Origin: an uncultured Lentisphaerales bacterium
GTDB lineage: Bacteria > Verrucomicrobiota > Lentisphaeria > JABSQK01 > UBA12247
Direction of reading: 5' to 3'
NCBI GenBank assembly: GCA_943788985.1
Contig: CALSSJ010000017.1
Coordinates: 156,068 to 220,067, forward strand
DNA length: 64,000 nucleotides
Positions 21,835 to 30,681 of the stretch are shown here, in pieces. Position 1 is the stretch's first letter, and every line of letters begins with the position of its first letter. The notes beneath the pieces were generated by a model, which saw only the letters and a program-made list of their open reading frames with translations, was not told the origin of the DNA and ran no database searches. Position numbers and translations under genes: made by a program.

Positions 21835-21931
21835 TCGGCGTGAGTGCCCGCTCGTTCGCCTGCGGCGCTGTGCCTCGCAAGCTCGGCGCTCGACCCTCGT
21901 CTCGGGTTCGATTCACGCCCTCTCCGCATTT
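21835..21931. repeat. tRNA-linked repeat-like element with an inverted copy of the tRNA 3' end
   Basis: GGGTTCGATTCACGCCCTCTCCGCA (21904-21928) resembles the tRNA-Ser T-arm/acceptor end in the opposite orientation; preceded by CGCCTGCGGCG hairpin. Confidence 0.55.
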
Positions 21932-21940
21932 CGCGGGCTC

Positions 21941-22033
<93 letters not shown>

Positions 22034-22163
22034 GCGGATCCCGCAGTCGCGGAAGCGCGTACCATACGAGAACGCGATAGACAATCAATTGGCCCACCAG
22101 GATTGTTGTCAGCTGCTTGCCGCGCTACTGTACTGGTTATTCACTTAATCTGGAGAAGTTATT

Positions 22164-22604
22164 ATGGGTGTTCTCGGATGGATATTGGGCGTTGTCGCCC
22201 TAATCGCTGCAGCAAGCGTGGGGCTTACCGACGGTAGGAGCCTAGACCAAGTGCGACTTGAAGAGCGCTCAAAGTCCGATGCCGCATCAGCAAAGTATGC
22301 GAAGCAACTTGTTGACCTAAAGGCAAGAATCGCCGACGCCAACGAACAACTCGCTGAAGAGCAGGCCCTGCTGGCCGCAGATAAGAGCGATGTCACAGAG
22401 GCCGCTACCAGCAAAACTTCATTGATACAGGCAGTCGAATCGGTTTCTTCCGAAATAGAAAAGCTCGCAGAGGCGCGAGTTGATACCCGCAACACGGTCA
22501 TCACACACGTGACTGACATCACCGAGATCAAGAAGGCACTCGCCAAGACGGAAGCTGAACTTAAAGAACTCAAGGCTGCCCTGCCAGCCTTAAGGCCGAG
22601 GTAA
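22164..22604 (+). CDS. Membrane-anchored coiled-coil hypothetical protein
   Basis: N-terminal hydrophobic helix followed by heptad-rich sequence. Confidence 0.7.
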   Translation: MGVLGWILGVVALIAAASVGLTDGRSLDQVRLEERSKSDAASAKYAKQLVDLKARIADANEQLAEEQALLAADKSDVTEAATSKTSLIQAVESVSSEIEKLAEARVDTRNTVITHVTDITEIKKALAKTEAELKELKAALPALRPR

Positions 22605-22606
22605 TC

Positions 22607-23428
22607 ATGGCAACTCTTAAACGATCCACTCGCTCAGGCGCAACTCGCCGTCCGATACCAGCACCTCGTCCGAAATCATCAGTCGCCGGTGCCTTGGGCT
22701 GGGTTCTTTTTGTGATCAGCGCTGGCGTAGCCATATTCCTCCTGCAGTCCGGATCCAAGGATATCAAGCAGGCCCGGCAAACGGGCCAGCAGGAACGCCA
22801 GATGCGCGCCGAGGATTTTGAAAAGACGCATCAGACGCTGCAAGCGGAGCTGACCGCAGCCCTAGAGGAAGTAAACACCATCCGTAAGAGCCGTAACCGC
22901 ACACGGAAGTCACTGGCGTCGTCCAAGCAAACCATTGCGAAGGAAAGTACAGCACTTGAGGAACGGGAACTCGAGCGTAAGAAGGCTGCGGACCAGCGGG
23001 CGAAAATTGAGTCCACTCGGGGAAAAGCGGAGCGCAGCATTGGCCGGAAGCGCGAGCAACTCTCCGCCTTGCAGGAGGAGCATGAGAAATTGCTGGGAGA
23101 GTATATCGCGCAGTATAGCGCCATCGAGGCTAAGCTGAAGAAAGCAGTGGAAGCCGGGAACCGGACCGGCACTAAATCGATCTACTCCAAATATCCGAAC
23201 AGCCCATTTGCGCCAGCAGCTCTATTCTTTGCGGCTGAGTTCCACTATGCGAACAAGAATGGCCGGGGCGCAAGCAACCTGTATCATGACCTGCTACGCA
23301 AGTTTCCGAGCTCCGCGTACTGCGGTACTGCCAAGACTCAGATAGCAGCGATCGAGGAAAAGAAACCGTACGAAGCGGCCAACAAGCCTCTCAGAGGCCC
23401 GAGCCCGCTTTCCTTCTGGAAGGACTAA
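22607..23428 (+). CDS. Membrane-anchored coiled-coil protein with C-terminal TPR pair (CpoB/YbgF-like tail)
   Basis: TM, long coiled coil, KYPNSPFAPAALF...YHDLLRKFPSS. Confidence 0.7.
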   Translation: MATLKRSTRSGATRRPIPAPRPKSSVAGALGWVLFVISAGVAIFLLQSGSKDIKQARQTGQQERQMRAEDFEKTHQTLQAELTAALEEVNTIRKSRNRTRKSLASSKQTIAKESTALEERELERKKAADQRAKIESTRGKAERSIGRKREQLSALQEEHEKLLGEYIAQYSAIEAKLKKAVEAGNRTGTKSIYSKYPNSPFAPAALFFAAEFHYANKNGRGASNLYHDLLRKFPSSAYCGTAKTQIAAIEEKKPYEAANKPLRGPSPLSFWKD

Positions 23429-23828
23429 TCTAGGGTGGTGAATCTCAAGTCCGTCGGAAAATGCGAGGGCCAATAAGGTTGCGTTGCGCTCCTGTACGAT
23501 GTGGGATATCTCCCCTGCAACAAATCCCAGCCGATGCGGCCATGAGTGTTCGACCGCCGCAGGCCGCCCCGAAGGGAAAACCCATCCAATATAAAGGCTT
23601 TACCAAGTCTGATTTCACAGCGTCTTCTATCCTGCATAGGGCACGACCAAACGATCGGTTGATTTAATCGGACGGAAAGCCCAAAAGCTCCTTGGGAAAC
23701 GCCCCAGTCTAGGGGGGATCTGGGCTTTCAGCTCGCCCAATCGCATTGATACGACAGACCGTAAAGCTGTGAATTCCAACGGCTGCGTACGCATAGAATG
23801 TACGGCCCAGCACCCAGGCACTTCCGGG

Positions 23829-25064
23829 TTATTCGGCGCCGAGCAGTTCAAGCTCTGAGACTAGGAAAACGGCCGACTCTTCTGACAGATCACCGCCGAT
23901 CTTTTGCGCCAGCTTATTTCTGCCTTCTGCCATGGCTGCGTGTGCCAGCATCAACTCAGCTCTAGCCAATTTACTTTTCGCTGCGGCAAGCCTGTACAGG
24001 GTGACAAACACCGAGTCAGATAGCGTCTTGACCGGTATTTCGACGCGTTTGCGTACGTTGACCAGCCTCTCCTTGTCCCAAACCTTGTAAGTACCAAAGA
24101 CCGTACCGCCGGAGATTGTCACAATCGAGACCGGTTTGGACAACTTGCCCGGCACCGAAAAGCTCTCGTTCAAGAGTGCCTGCCCACAATCAAGTACGGT
24201 CGTTGCGGACTCCGCAATCCTAGCCATCTCGGCGACGCGAGTCCCCCAGTCCCGACACTCGAGCAACTCCACTTCACTATGCGAACGCAATGGTGCAACG
24301 GCCCGCCGCACCTGGGAAATCTCGCCATTTCGCAGCCACTGATTCACCTCAACCCGCAGTCGCACAATCTCCTTCCGGCAGTGGTCCCCTTTCGCCTCTA
24401 TCAATTCAGCCTTTGCATACTCTGCCTGGCGAACTTTTTCCTGAGCTTTCTCTTCTTCTAAGCGGGCAAGTAGATTTCTCCGAAGCTCGGCATCTGCTTG
24501 CGCAAAATCTTTACGCGTCAGTCTCGCGCAGAACTCCTCGCTCTCGTCTAAAAGCGTCAGGAGGCATCCTGCTCGTTTAGCGCCGTAGATCCGATGATCT
24601 GAGATCATAAACTCCGGCAGAGAAAATGAGACTGCCCAGTTTACATTTCCGGGTGAGTTCACATAGGGACTGTGAGGGTAGGTTTCTGCGAATCCATGGG
24701 CAAGCGTAGCGATCTTATCCAGCACAGCGCGTTGCGCTTTGTGGCCGTCGAGCCCGTCTAAGAACTGCCTGAGGTAGGCGAATTCCTGCATTTCTCCCGG
24801 CGCGGCTCCCCGCTTGCCATACAGCCGGTCAAATTCCTCTACGCTCCCAGGCGTGAACCGGCTCTTCATGATTAGAAAACCAGCAATGATCACGAAGAGC
24901 ACGATTGCCACTGGCGCAATGCGGGCTAACGGTGAAGCCTTTGCCCGGGGGGGCTGTGTACGCGAAGAGCTAATCGTGTGCCCGTCTGCACCGTCAGCGG
25001 GCGACGTTGCCTTTGATTTTCCCTTTCGTAGCTTATGAGCAGGCATGGGCGCACCTCTGGCCAA
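23829..25064 (-). CDS. Hypothetical single-TM protein
   Basis: 411-aa ORF with basic N-terminus and TM helix. Confidence 0.6.
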   Translation of the reverse strand: MARGAPMPAHKLRKGKSKATSPADGADGHTISSSRTQPPRAKASPLARIAPVAIVLFVIIAGFLIMKSRFTPGSVEEFDRLYGKRGAAPGEMQEFAYLRQFLDGLDGHKAQRAVLDKIATLAHGFAETYPHSPYVNSPGNVNWAVSFSLPEFMISDHRIYGAKRAGCLLTLLDESEEFCARLTRKDFAQADAELRRNLLARLEEEKAQEKVRQAEYAKAELIEAKGDHCRKEIVRLRVEVNQWLRNGEISQVRRAVAPLRSHSEVELLECRDWGTRVAEMARIAESATTVLDCGQALLNESFSVPGKLSKPVSIVTISGGTVFGTYKVWDKERLVNVRKRVEIPVKTLSDSVFVTLYRLAAAKSKLARAELMLAHAAMAEGRNKLAQKIGGDLSEESAVFLVSELELLGAE

Positions 25065-25087
25065 GCCACGGATTTTGAGCTGCTGTT

Positions 25088-25438
25088 CTAAGAATCTTCA
25101 CGAATTCGATACCACTTTCTGTCTTTACGAAAAATCAGCAGCCTGCCGCTGTGGGACTGACGCTTTCCTTCGGCAATCCAACTGTTTCCGCGTTCTACGA
25201 TCGAAATGGCCCGGTAGGTAATGATGTGCACCCGGCGCCCATCTGAATCCTGCGATTCGCGACGCAAGCCCTTCAAGGACAGAGAGTAATTCACTAACCC
25301 CAGTTCGCTCTTATCGAGGTCACTCCGCAGCGCATCCTTGATCACGCGACGCGGCGGTGAGCCGAACGACAGGAGCCCAGCACTCAGGTCTCCAGGCAGG
25401 CAGACTGCCAGCAAGAGCAGGATGATACGGGCATTCAT
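25088..25438 (-). CDS. Secreted hypothetical protein
   Basis: Signal peptide; starts 4 nt after the ddl stop. Confidence 0.6.
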   Translation of the reverse strand: MNARIILLLLAVCLPGDLSAGLLSFGSPPRRVIKDALRSDLDKSELGLVNYSLSLKGLRRESQDSDGRRVHIITYRAISIVERGNSWIAEGKRQSHSGRLLIFRKDRKWYRIREDS

Positions 25439-25442
25439 AATG

Positions 25443-26489
25443 TCAGGGGTCCAGTTTCTGGGCGCAGCTAGAGGTGTCCCTTACAGTACGGGTAGAATGG
25501 TGATGCTGCACAGCCAACTCGATCAATTTCCGAAAGAGCTCGGCGGCATCAAGCCCGCTTGCGGCCCAGAGCTTCGGATACATGCTGATCTCGGTAAAGC
25601 CAGGGAGCGTGTTCACCTCGTTGAGAAAGGCCTCGCCGTCTTTTGTCAGCAGAAAGTCCACACGAGCGAGCCCGCGGCAAAGCAGGCAGGAAAACGCGCG
25701 CACGGCCAGCGCCCGCAATGACTCGGACTGGTCCATTGGTAGCTCGGCAGGAATCATCAGCTGGGAGTCGCTGTCCCCATATTTTGCTTCGAAGGTGTAG
25801 AATGACTCGCCGGGCACAATTTCTCCGGGCACGGAGGCGTCTGGGACGTCATTGCCAAGGACACTAATCTCGATCTCGCGCGGCGCATCGAGCCCCTGTT
25901 CGATCAAGACGCGGGGATCGTGCTTGGTGGCTTCCAAAATCGCGGCAGCCAATGCGTCCCAGCTGTCGACACGCGAGACGCCGACACTTGAACCCATGTT
26001 GCAGGGCTTCACAAAAATCGGCAAGGTCAAGCTCACAGCCTGTGCACGCGCGGCGGCCGTCTCAGCATCTGCAGCGACAGCGACAAATGCAGGCAGCACC
26101 GGTATTCCAGCCGCCCGGGCCAGCGCCTTTGAGACGCCCTTGTCCATGGCGATGGCACTCCCCGGAACTGTGCACCCTACGTAGGGTTTGCCCAGCACCT
26201 CAAGAAATCCCTGGACGGTCCCATCCTCGCCCATCGGGCCATGCAATACGGGGAAGACTACATCGGCCTTGTCTAAACTTGCCAGTGCAGCTTGGGAAAC
26301 ATTCGCGGTAGAGCGGTCTGAGCCGCCAGCACGCCAGCGCCCTGCCCGATCGATGTCAATGGCCGCCACTTCGTAGCCCGCGGCCATGAGGCCAGCTTCG
26401 ACGAATTGCGAAGATCGCAGGCTGACATCGTGCTCGGCAGACTGGCCGCCGCGCAGGACCACAACGAACTGGACAGATCTAGGGCGCAA
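25443..26489 (-). CDS. ddl: D-alanine--D-alanine ligase
   Basis: GGQSAEHDVSL, FPVLHGPMGEDG, GSSVG, NEVNTLPGFT..SMYP. Confidence 0.95.
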   Translation of the reverse strand: MRPRSVQFVVVLRGGQSAEHDVSLRSSQFVEAGLMAAGYEVAAIDIDRAGRWRAGGSDRSTANVSQAALASLDKADVVFPVLHGPMGEDGTVQGFLEVLGKPYVGCTVPGSAIAMDKGVSKALARAAGIPVLPAFVAVAADAETAAARAQAVSLTLPIFVKPCNMGSSVGVSRVDSWDALAAAILEATKHDPRVLIEQGLDAPREIEISVLGNDVPDASVPGEIVPGESFYTFEAKYGDSDSQLMIPAELPMDQSESLRALAVRAFSCLLCRGLARVDFLLTKDGEAFLNEVNTLPGFTEISMYPKLWAASGLDAAELFRKLIELAVQHHHSTRTVRDTSSCAQKLDP

Positions 26490-28644
26490 AACGCGCTCCA
26501 GTGCGCTGCGCGGCCTGTTTGCGGCCTTGCTCCAGCGTCACCAAGTCGTTCAACACACCGAGCGCATGGTGTAGATAAATGTCAATCACTTTGTTCTCCG
26601 GCTCGTCTTCTTCGCTCTCATCCCGAAAGCCCAACACATCCTTGGTGCGTTCCGTAAAATACTCATCTTCTTCGCGCAAGGCGACGCGCTTGTCGCGATT
26701 GAGTGAGATCATCTTCTGGCCTTGGCGTTCACCGTAGCGGTCGATGTCCTTTCTCAAATCTACGAACTCGCCGTCCTTCTCGAGCCGCTCGGTGGCGCGT
26801 GCCTTCAGTGCGCCGAGAAACTCCCGGACAGAGTGCATAGACTTGCGAAATTCCTGTGGCCGGATTTCGTCCCAGGGCATTGCGTTATCCAGATGCCCCT
26901 CCCCTAGTTCCAGGTGATCGAAGAATGATGGATAAATCACGTCCGGAGTCACGCCATGACGCTGCGTCGAGTTCCCCGTCACGCGATAGAACTTAGCCAT
27001 TGTGTACTTCAGCGCCCCGACCCTGGCCTTTTCAAGCAGGCGATGGCGATTCAACTGAAAGACGGACTGCACGGTTCCCTTACCGTGGGTCACTCTGTCA
27101 CCCACGATCACCCCGCGTTCGTAATCCTGAATCGCGGCAGCGAAAATCTCGGACGCTGACGCGCTGGACGCATTCACCAAGACGACCAAGGGGAGATCGA
27201 ACGCAAAGCCATCGTCATTGTCGCGGCGCACACGCACGGTTCTGGTGTCGCGCACCTGGACGACCGGACCGTTTGGCACGAATAGTCCGGTCAGGCCGAT
27301 CGACTCATCCAACGAGCCGCCGCCGTTCGAGCGAAGATCAATCAATAAGCCCTCAATATCATCCTGCATCAGGCCCTCAATTAATTTCCGCGAGTCCTTG
27401 GTCGTACTCTTCGCGGTCGGGTCGTTGCGCCGCAGCTTCTCGAAATCTGCGTAGAACGAGGGCACATCTAGAATGCCAAACTTGCGGCTCGTTTCCGCGT
27501 CCACGTTAAACTCGTGCAAGTGTCCCTTGGCCTCGCGCTCGGTGAGTTTCACCTCGTCCCGAATCAACGTAACAACCTGCGGCAGCCCGTGCAGAGACTT
27601 CTGCACCGTCAGGCGTACCTCTGAGCCTTTCTCGCCACGAATCTTACGCACCACGTATTTCAGCGGAAGGCCGATCATATTCTCTGCCTCGCCCGCTCCC
27701 TGTGCCACGGCAATGATACGATCTCCAGTCTGCAGTTGCCCGTCCCGCTTGGCTGGGCCACCGGGGACAGTGCTGACGATCTCTGTATAGCCATCGACGC
27801 TCTTGAGCGTGGCGCCGATTCCCTGTAACGAAAGACTCATCGAGATATTGAAGTCCTCTAGAGACCGCCAATTCATGTAGGTCGAGTGCGGGTCGAATAG
27901 GTGAAACAGTGAGGTCAGATAGACCTCCAAGATGTCTGCCGTGTCGTAGGTGTTCAGAAACGCCCGGTACTGGTCGTAGCGGCGTACCACGCGTTCCTCG
28001 GCGCTGAGGCTATCATCCCGAAACCTATCCTCGTCTTTGCTGGCCTCGTCCTTCTCCCGCTCTTCCTTCATCAAGACTTCAGTCAGCATCTGATTCTTCA
28101 GGTTCTGCCGCCAGATTTCGTCCAGTTCCTGAGCTGTCTCGGGCCAGTCAACATCCGTTCGATCTGCCAACATATCTTCATCAAGGAAGAAGTCGTGCTT
28201 GTCTGCCACATGAGCCTGGACATACGTCAGGCGCTGATCGACACGCTGCAGAAAACGCTCATAGACTTCAAAAGCAAAGGTGATGTCCCCATCTTCAAGC
28301 AGGTTATCCAGCTCGAAGCGATAGCCGGCAAAGTCCTGCAGGTCTGAGCGCAAGAAGTATTGATGCGTCGGGTCCAACTGCTCCATGTACTCCCGCATCA
28401 ACCGCTCGGACATAGCATCATCGACGTCTGGCTGCCCGTAATGATGCTTCTGGATGCTCCGCACCGAGAACTGGGTGACGTGTCGGCTGATTGGCGTAGC
28501 TCGCCGAACGCCGGAAGAATCCAGCGTCCCCTGCTCCAGTGCCTTCGGCTGCCCTTCGGCCTGCAGAAAAAGTACCACGGCGAACACAAAGATCGCCAGC
28601 ATTGCCACCATCGCCTGTCTCAAAATACTCACCCCATTACCCAT
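26479..28644 (-). CDS. prc: Carboxy-terminal (tail-specific) processing protease
   Basis: DPHSTY, LQGIGA PDZ, IDLRSNGGGSL, SASASEIFAAAIQDY, GKGTVQ, KFYRVTG. Confidence 0.92.
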   Translation of the reverse strand: MGNGVSILRQAMVAMLAIFVFAVVLFLQAEGQPKALEQGTLDSSGVRRATPISRHVTQFSVRSIQKHHYGQPDVDDAMSERLMREYMEQLDPTHQYFLRSDLQDFAGYRFELDNLLEDGDITFAFEVYERFLQRVDQRLTYVQAHVADKHDFFLDEDMLADRTDVDWPETAQELDEIWRQNLKNQMLTEVLMKEEREKDEASKDEDRFRDDSLSAEERVVRRYDQYRAFLNTYDTADILEVYLTSLFHLFDPHSTYMNWRSLEDFNISMSLSLQGIGATLKSVDGYTEIVSTVPGGPAKRDGQLQTGDRIIAVAQGAGEAENMIGLPLKYVVRKIRGEKGSEVRLTVQKSLHGLPQVVTLIRDEVKLTEREAKGHLHEFNVDAETSRKFGILDVPSFYADFEKLRRNDPTAKSTTKDSRKLIEGLMQDDIEGLLIDLRSNGGGSLDESIGLTGLFVPNGPVVQVRDTRTVRVRRDNDDGFAFDLPLVVLVNASSASASEIFAAAIQDYERGVIVGDRVTHGKGTVQSVFQLNRHRLLEKARVGALKYTMAKFYRVTGNSTQRHGVTPDVIYPSFFDHLELGEGHLDNAMPWDEIRPQEFRKSMHSVREFLGALKARATERLEKDGEFVDLRKDIDRYGERQGQKMISLNRDKRVALREEDEYFTERTKDVLGFRDESEEDEPENKVIDIYLHHALGVLNDLVTLEQGRKQAAQRTGARFAP

Positions 28645-28866
28645 TCACGTTCTCCAGAATCTGGGCCAAGTTGTCATCGCCACGCTCACGGCGTCGCATA
28701 GGTAACGGAAACAGCCCCGCCACACGGTAATTAGCTCTGTGCATGTGATTGGCGCCGAACCGCAGGCAGAACAGCGGCCTGCGAGTCCACAGCAAGAGAC
28801 ACTGAAACTTTCCGCCAATCAGATCGCATCCAAGATTAGTGCAACGCTCGACGTATCGCCCGCTAC

Positions 28867-30588
28867 TCAGGACTTCTGTAGCTCTCTGTACTCGTCCAGG
28901 ATTGCGACCATGGCTTCTACCAGACTGCGCTTTCCGTCAGGATCGATAAGGCGAATGGCGGCGTGCACGACATCCGACGGAATGTAGTCAGGATCTCCGC
29001 CAGCGCGCAGAAGCGTGGGCAGTTGGACAATGGCTTCATAGGCTGCAGCTTCAATCAGAGCGCGACGCTTGTAGGCGTTGTTTGCCTGCGCATTGCGGGC
29101 GAGTGGGTCACTCACGCGGGTGGTGGCCGCAAACGTGTTGTCAGTGGCTTCAGTGGCGCTGACGATGCGAGTTCCCTCGCTGGCGTCTGCAGTCGGGGAG
29201 GCAAGCTGGTCAGTATCAGAGGCTTGGATCCCCTCGGTGGTCGTGCCAGTGGGCTCCAGAACATCACCGCTCTGGGTCTCTCGGCTGGCTTCACTGCCAG
29301 CAGCCGTAGGCGCGGTGAGGGTGTTGGTGTCAGACTCCTGGGTGGCAGCGGCGGATCTCGCGCTGGGTGCCGACGGTTCGGTCTGCGCAGTGCTCGCGGA
29401 GATGTCTTGAGTTGGCTGGGAAAGTTGCTCCGTGTGGGTATCAGTTCCGCCCTGGCTGGTATCTGCAGAAGTGCGACTTGGTTCAGTGTCCAGACCTTCT
29501 GAGCTGCTAATCTGCGCCGTGCCAGCTCCAGAGTGCCCGGAGCCCTCAGTACTGGCTGCGCCCGTGCGGCCCTGCACGGAGTTGCCACTTCCCTGCCCGG
29601 TTTCCTCAGAGGAAACTTGGGAGAACTCATTGGTGTCTGCTGTAGTATTGGGAGTACGCGAGTCATAGGTCGTCATCTCCGAGCCATCGCTAGCGACCGC
29701 TGAGGTTGCGGAGTCCCCGCCGCCGCCACCGCTGCTGGCTGCGCCGGTGTGGGTCCCTTCATCGCTGGTCATCGCGGAGCGATCAATTGCGCCATCGGTC
29801 ACGGCCGAAGGATGCGTATCGGATGGATCGACGCTGTTCTGGCTTGAGTACTCAGTGCCCAAGTCATGCGACAGCGTAGCGCTGGTATCACGATCGCTGG
29901 CATCCTGCGTCGTGTTCTGGCTAGGGCCGCTCGTAGCCTCAGAGCCCACGTCAGTCGCCTCACTCGTGCGAGACTCCTGTGAACCGTCCACCAAGAACTC
30001 AGTGCTGCCATTGCTGGCGTCACTGCCCGAGTCATAGCTGGCCGTCTCGCTGACATAGGAGCCTTGTGTGGACTCTTTACCATCCATGGAGGTTTCGGAA
30101 GCCCCTTTCGTGGGCCCACCCTCGGTAAGCGTGGCGCTGGTCTCAGTATCAGCCGAGTAATCCACTGATTCGACGGACGATCCGTCCACGCTGCCATAGG
30201 TAATGCTTTCGGTGGTCGCACCATCGGCACCCGAATTGTTGGTCGTGCCATCCGCGCTGTCGGAAGAGGCAGCCCAAGAGTAGTTCAGGGTCTCGCTGCT
30301 CTCTGAGTCTTCGCTGGCAATGGCGCTGTCACCGGAGCCATTGCTGGTGATGTCGGAGTTATCGGCAGTCTGCTCAAGGCTATTGTCGCTGGTGTCCTCG
30401 GAACCGCGAAGAGACGGTGCACTGAACTCTTCAGTGGTCCCTTCCGTATGTTCGCTGGACGTGTAGACGCCCGAGTCATCGATGTCGGAGTGGAACAGCA
30501 GACTTGTGTCATACGTGGATTGGAAAGCGAAGGCGGATAGGCCTGAGAAAAAAACCAAAAACGAGGCGAGCAAACGGCTGATATACAT
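28867..30588 (-). CDS. Secreted Ser/Thr/Asp/Glu/Gly-rich protein with helical C-terminal domain (DUF2388-like?)
   Basis: AGGAG RBS, signal peptide ending AFA, ~470 low-complexity residues, ordered ~75-aa tail; no Cys. Confidence 0.8.
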   Translation of the reverse strand: MYISRLLASFLVFFSGLSAFAFQSTYDTSLLFHSDIDDSGVYTSSEHTEGTTEEFSAPSLRGSEDTSDNSLEQTADNSDITSNGSGDSAIASEDSESSETLNYSWAASSDSADGTTNNSGADGATTESITYGSVDGSSVESVDYSADTETSATLTEGGPTKGASETSMDGKESTQGSYVSETASYDSGSDASNGSTEFLVDGSQESRTSEATDVGSEATSGPSQNTTQDASDRDTSATLSHDLGTEYSSQNSVDPSDTHPSAVTDGAIDRSAMTSDEGTHTGAASSGGGGGDSATSAVASDGSEMTTYDSRTPNTTADTNEFSQVSSEETGQGSGNSVQGRTGAASTEGSGHSGAGTAQISSSEGLDTEPSRTSADTSQGGTDTHTEQLSQPTQDISASTAQTEPSAPSARSAAATQESDTNTLTAPTAAGSEASRETQSGDVLEPTGTTTEGIQASDTDQLASPTADASEGTRIVSATEATDNTFAATTRVSDPLARNAQANNAYKRRALIEAAAYEAIVQLPTLLRAGGDPDYIPSDVVHAAIRLIDPDGKRSLVEAMVAILDEYRELQKS

Positions 30589-30681
30589 GTGAGTCTCCTA
30601 AGGCCGGTGTCAGTGGGCGACAAAAAGACTCGTACTGTAGATGTCCGACCGCCAGTTGCACAGTCTGAGCGGCGAAATCTC

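Noticed and set aside
23429..23828. Small ORFs between convergent genes
   Set aside because: No coherent coding signal or motif in any frame
28867..30588. Lanthipeptide/RiPP precursor reading of the Ser/Thr-rich protein
   Set aside because: No Cys, a Sec signal peptide, and no LanB/LanM/YcaO or radical SAM genes nearby
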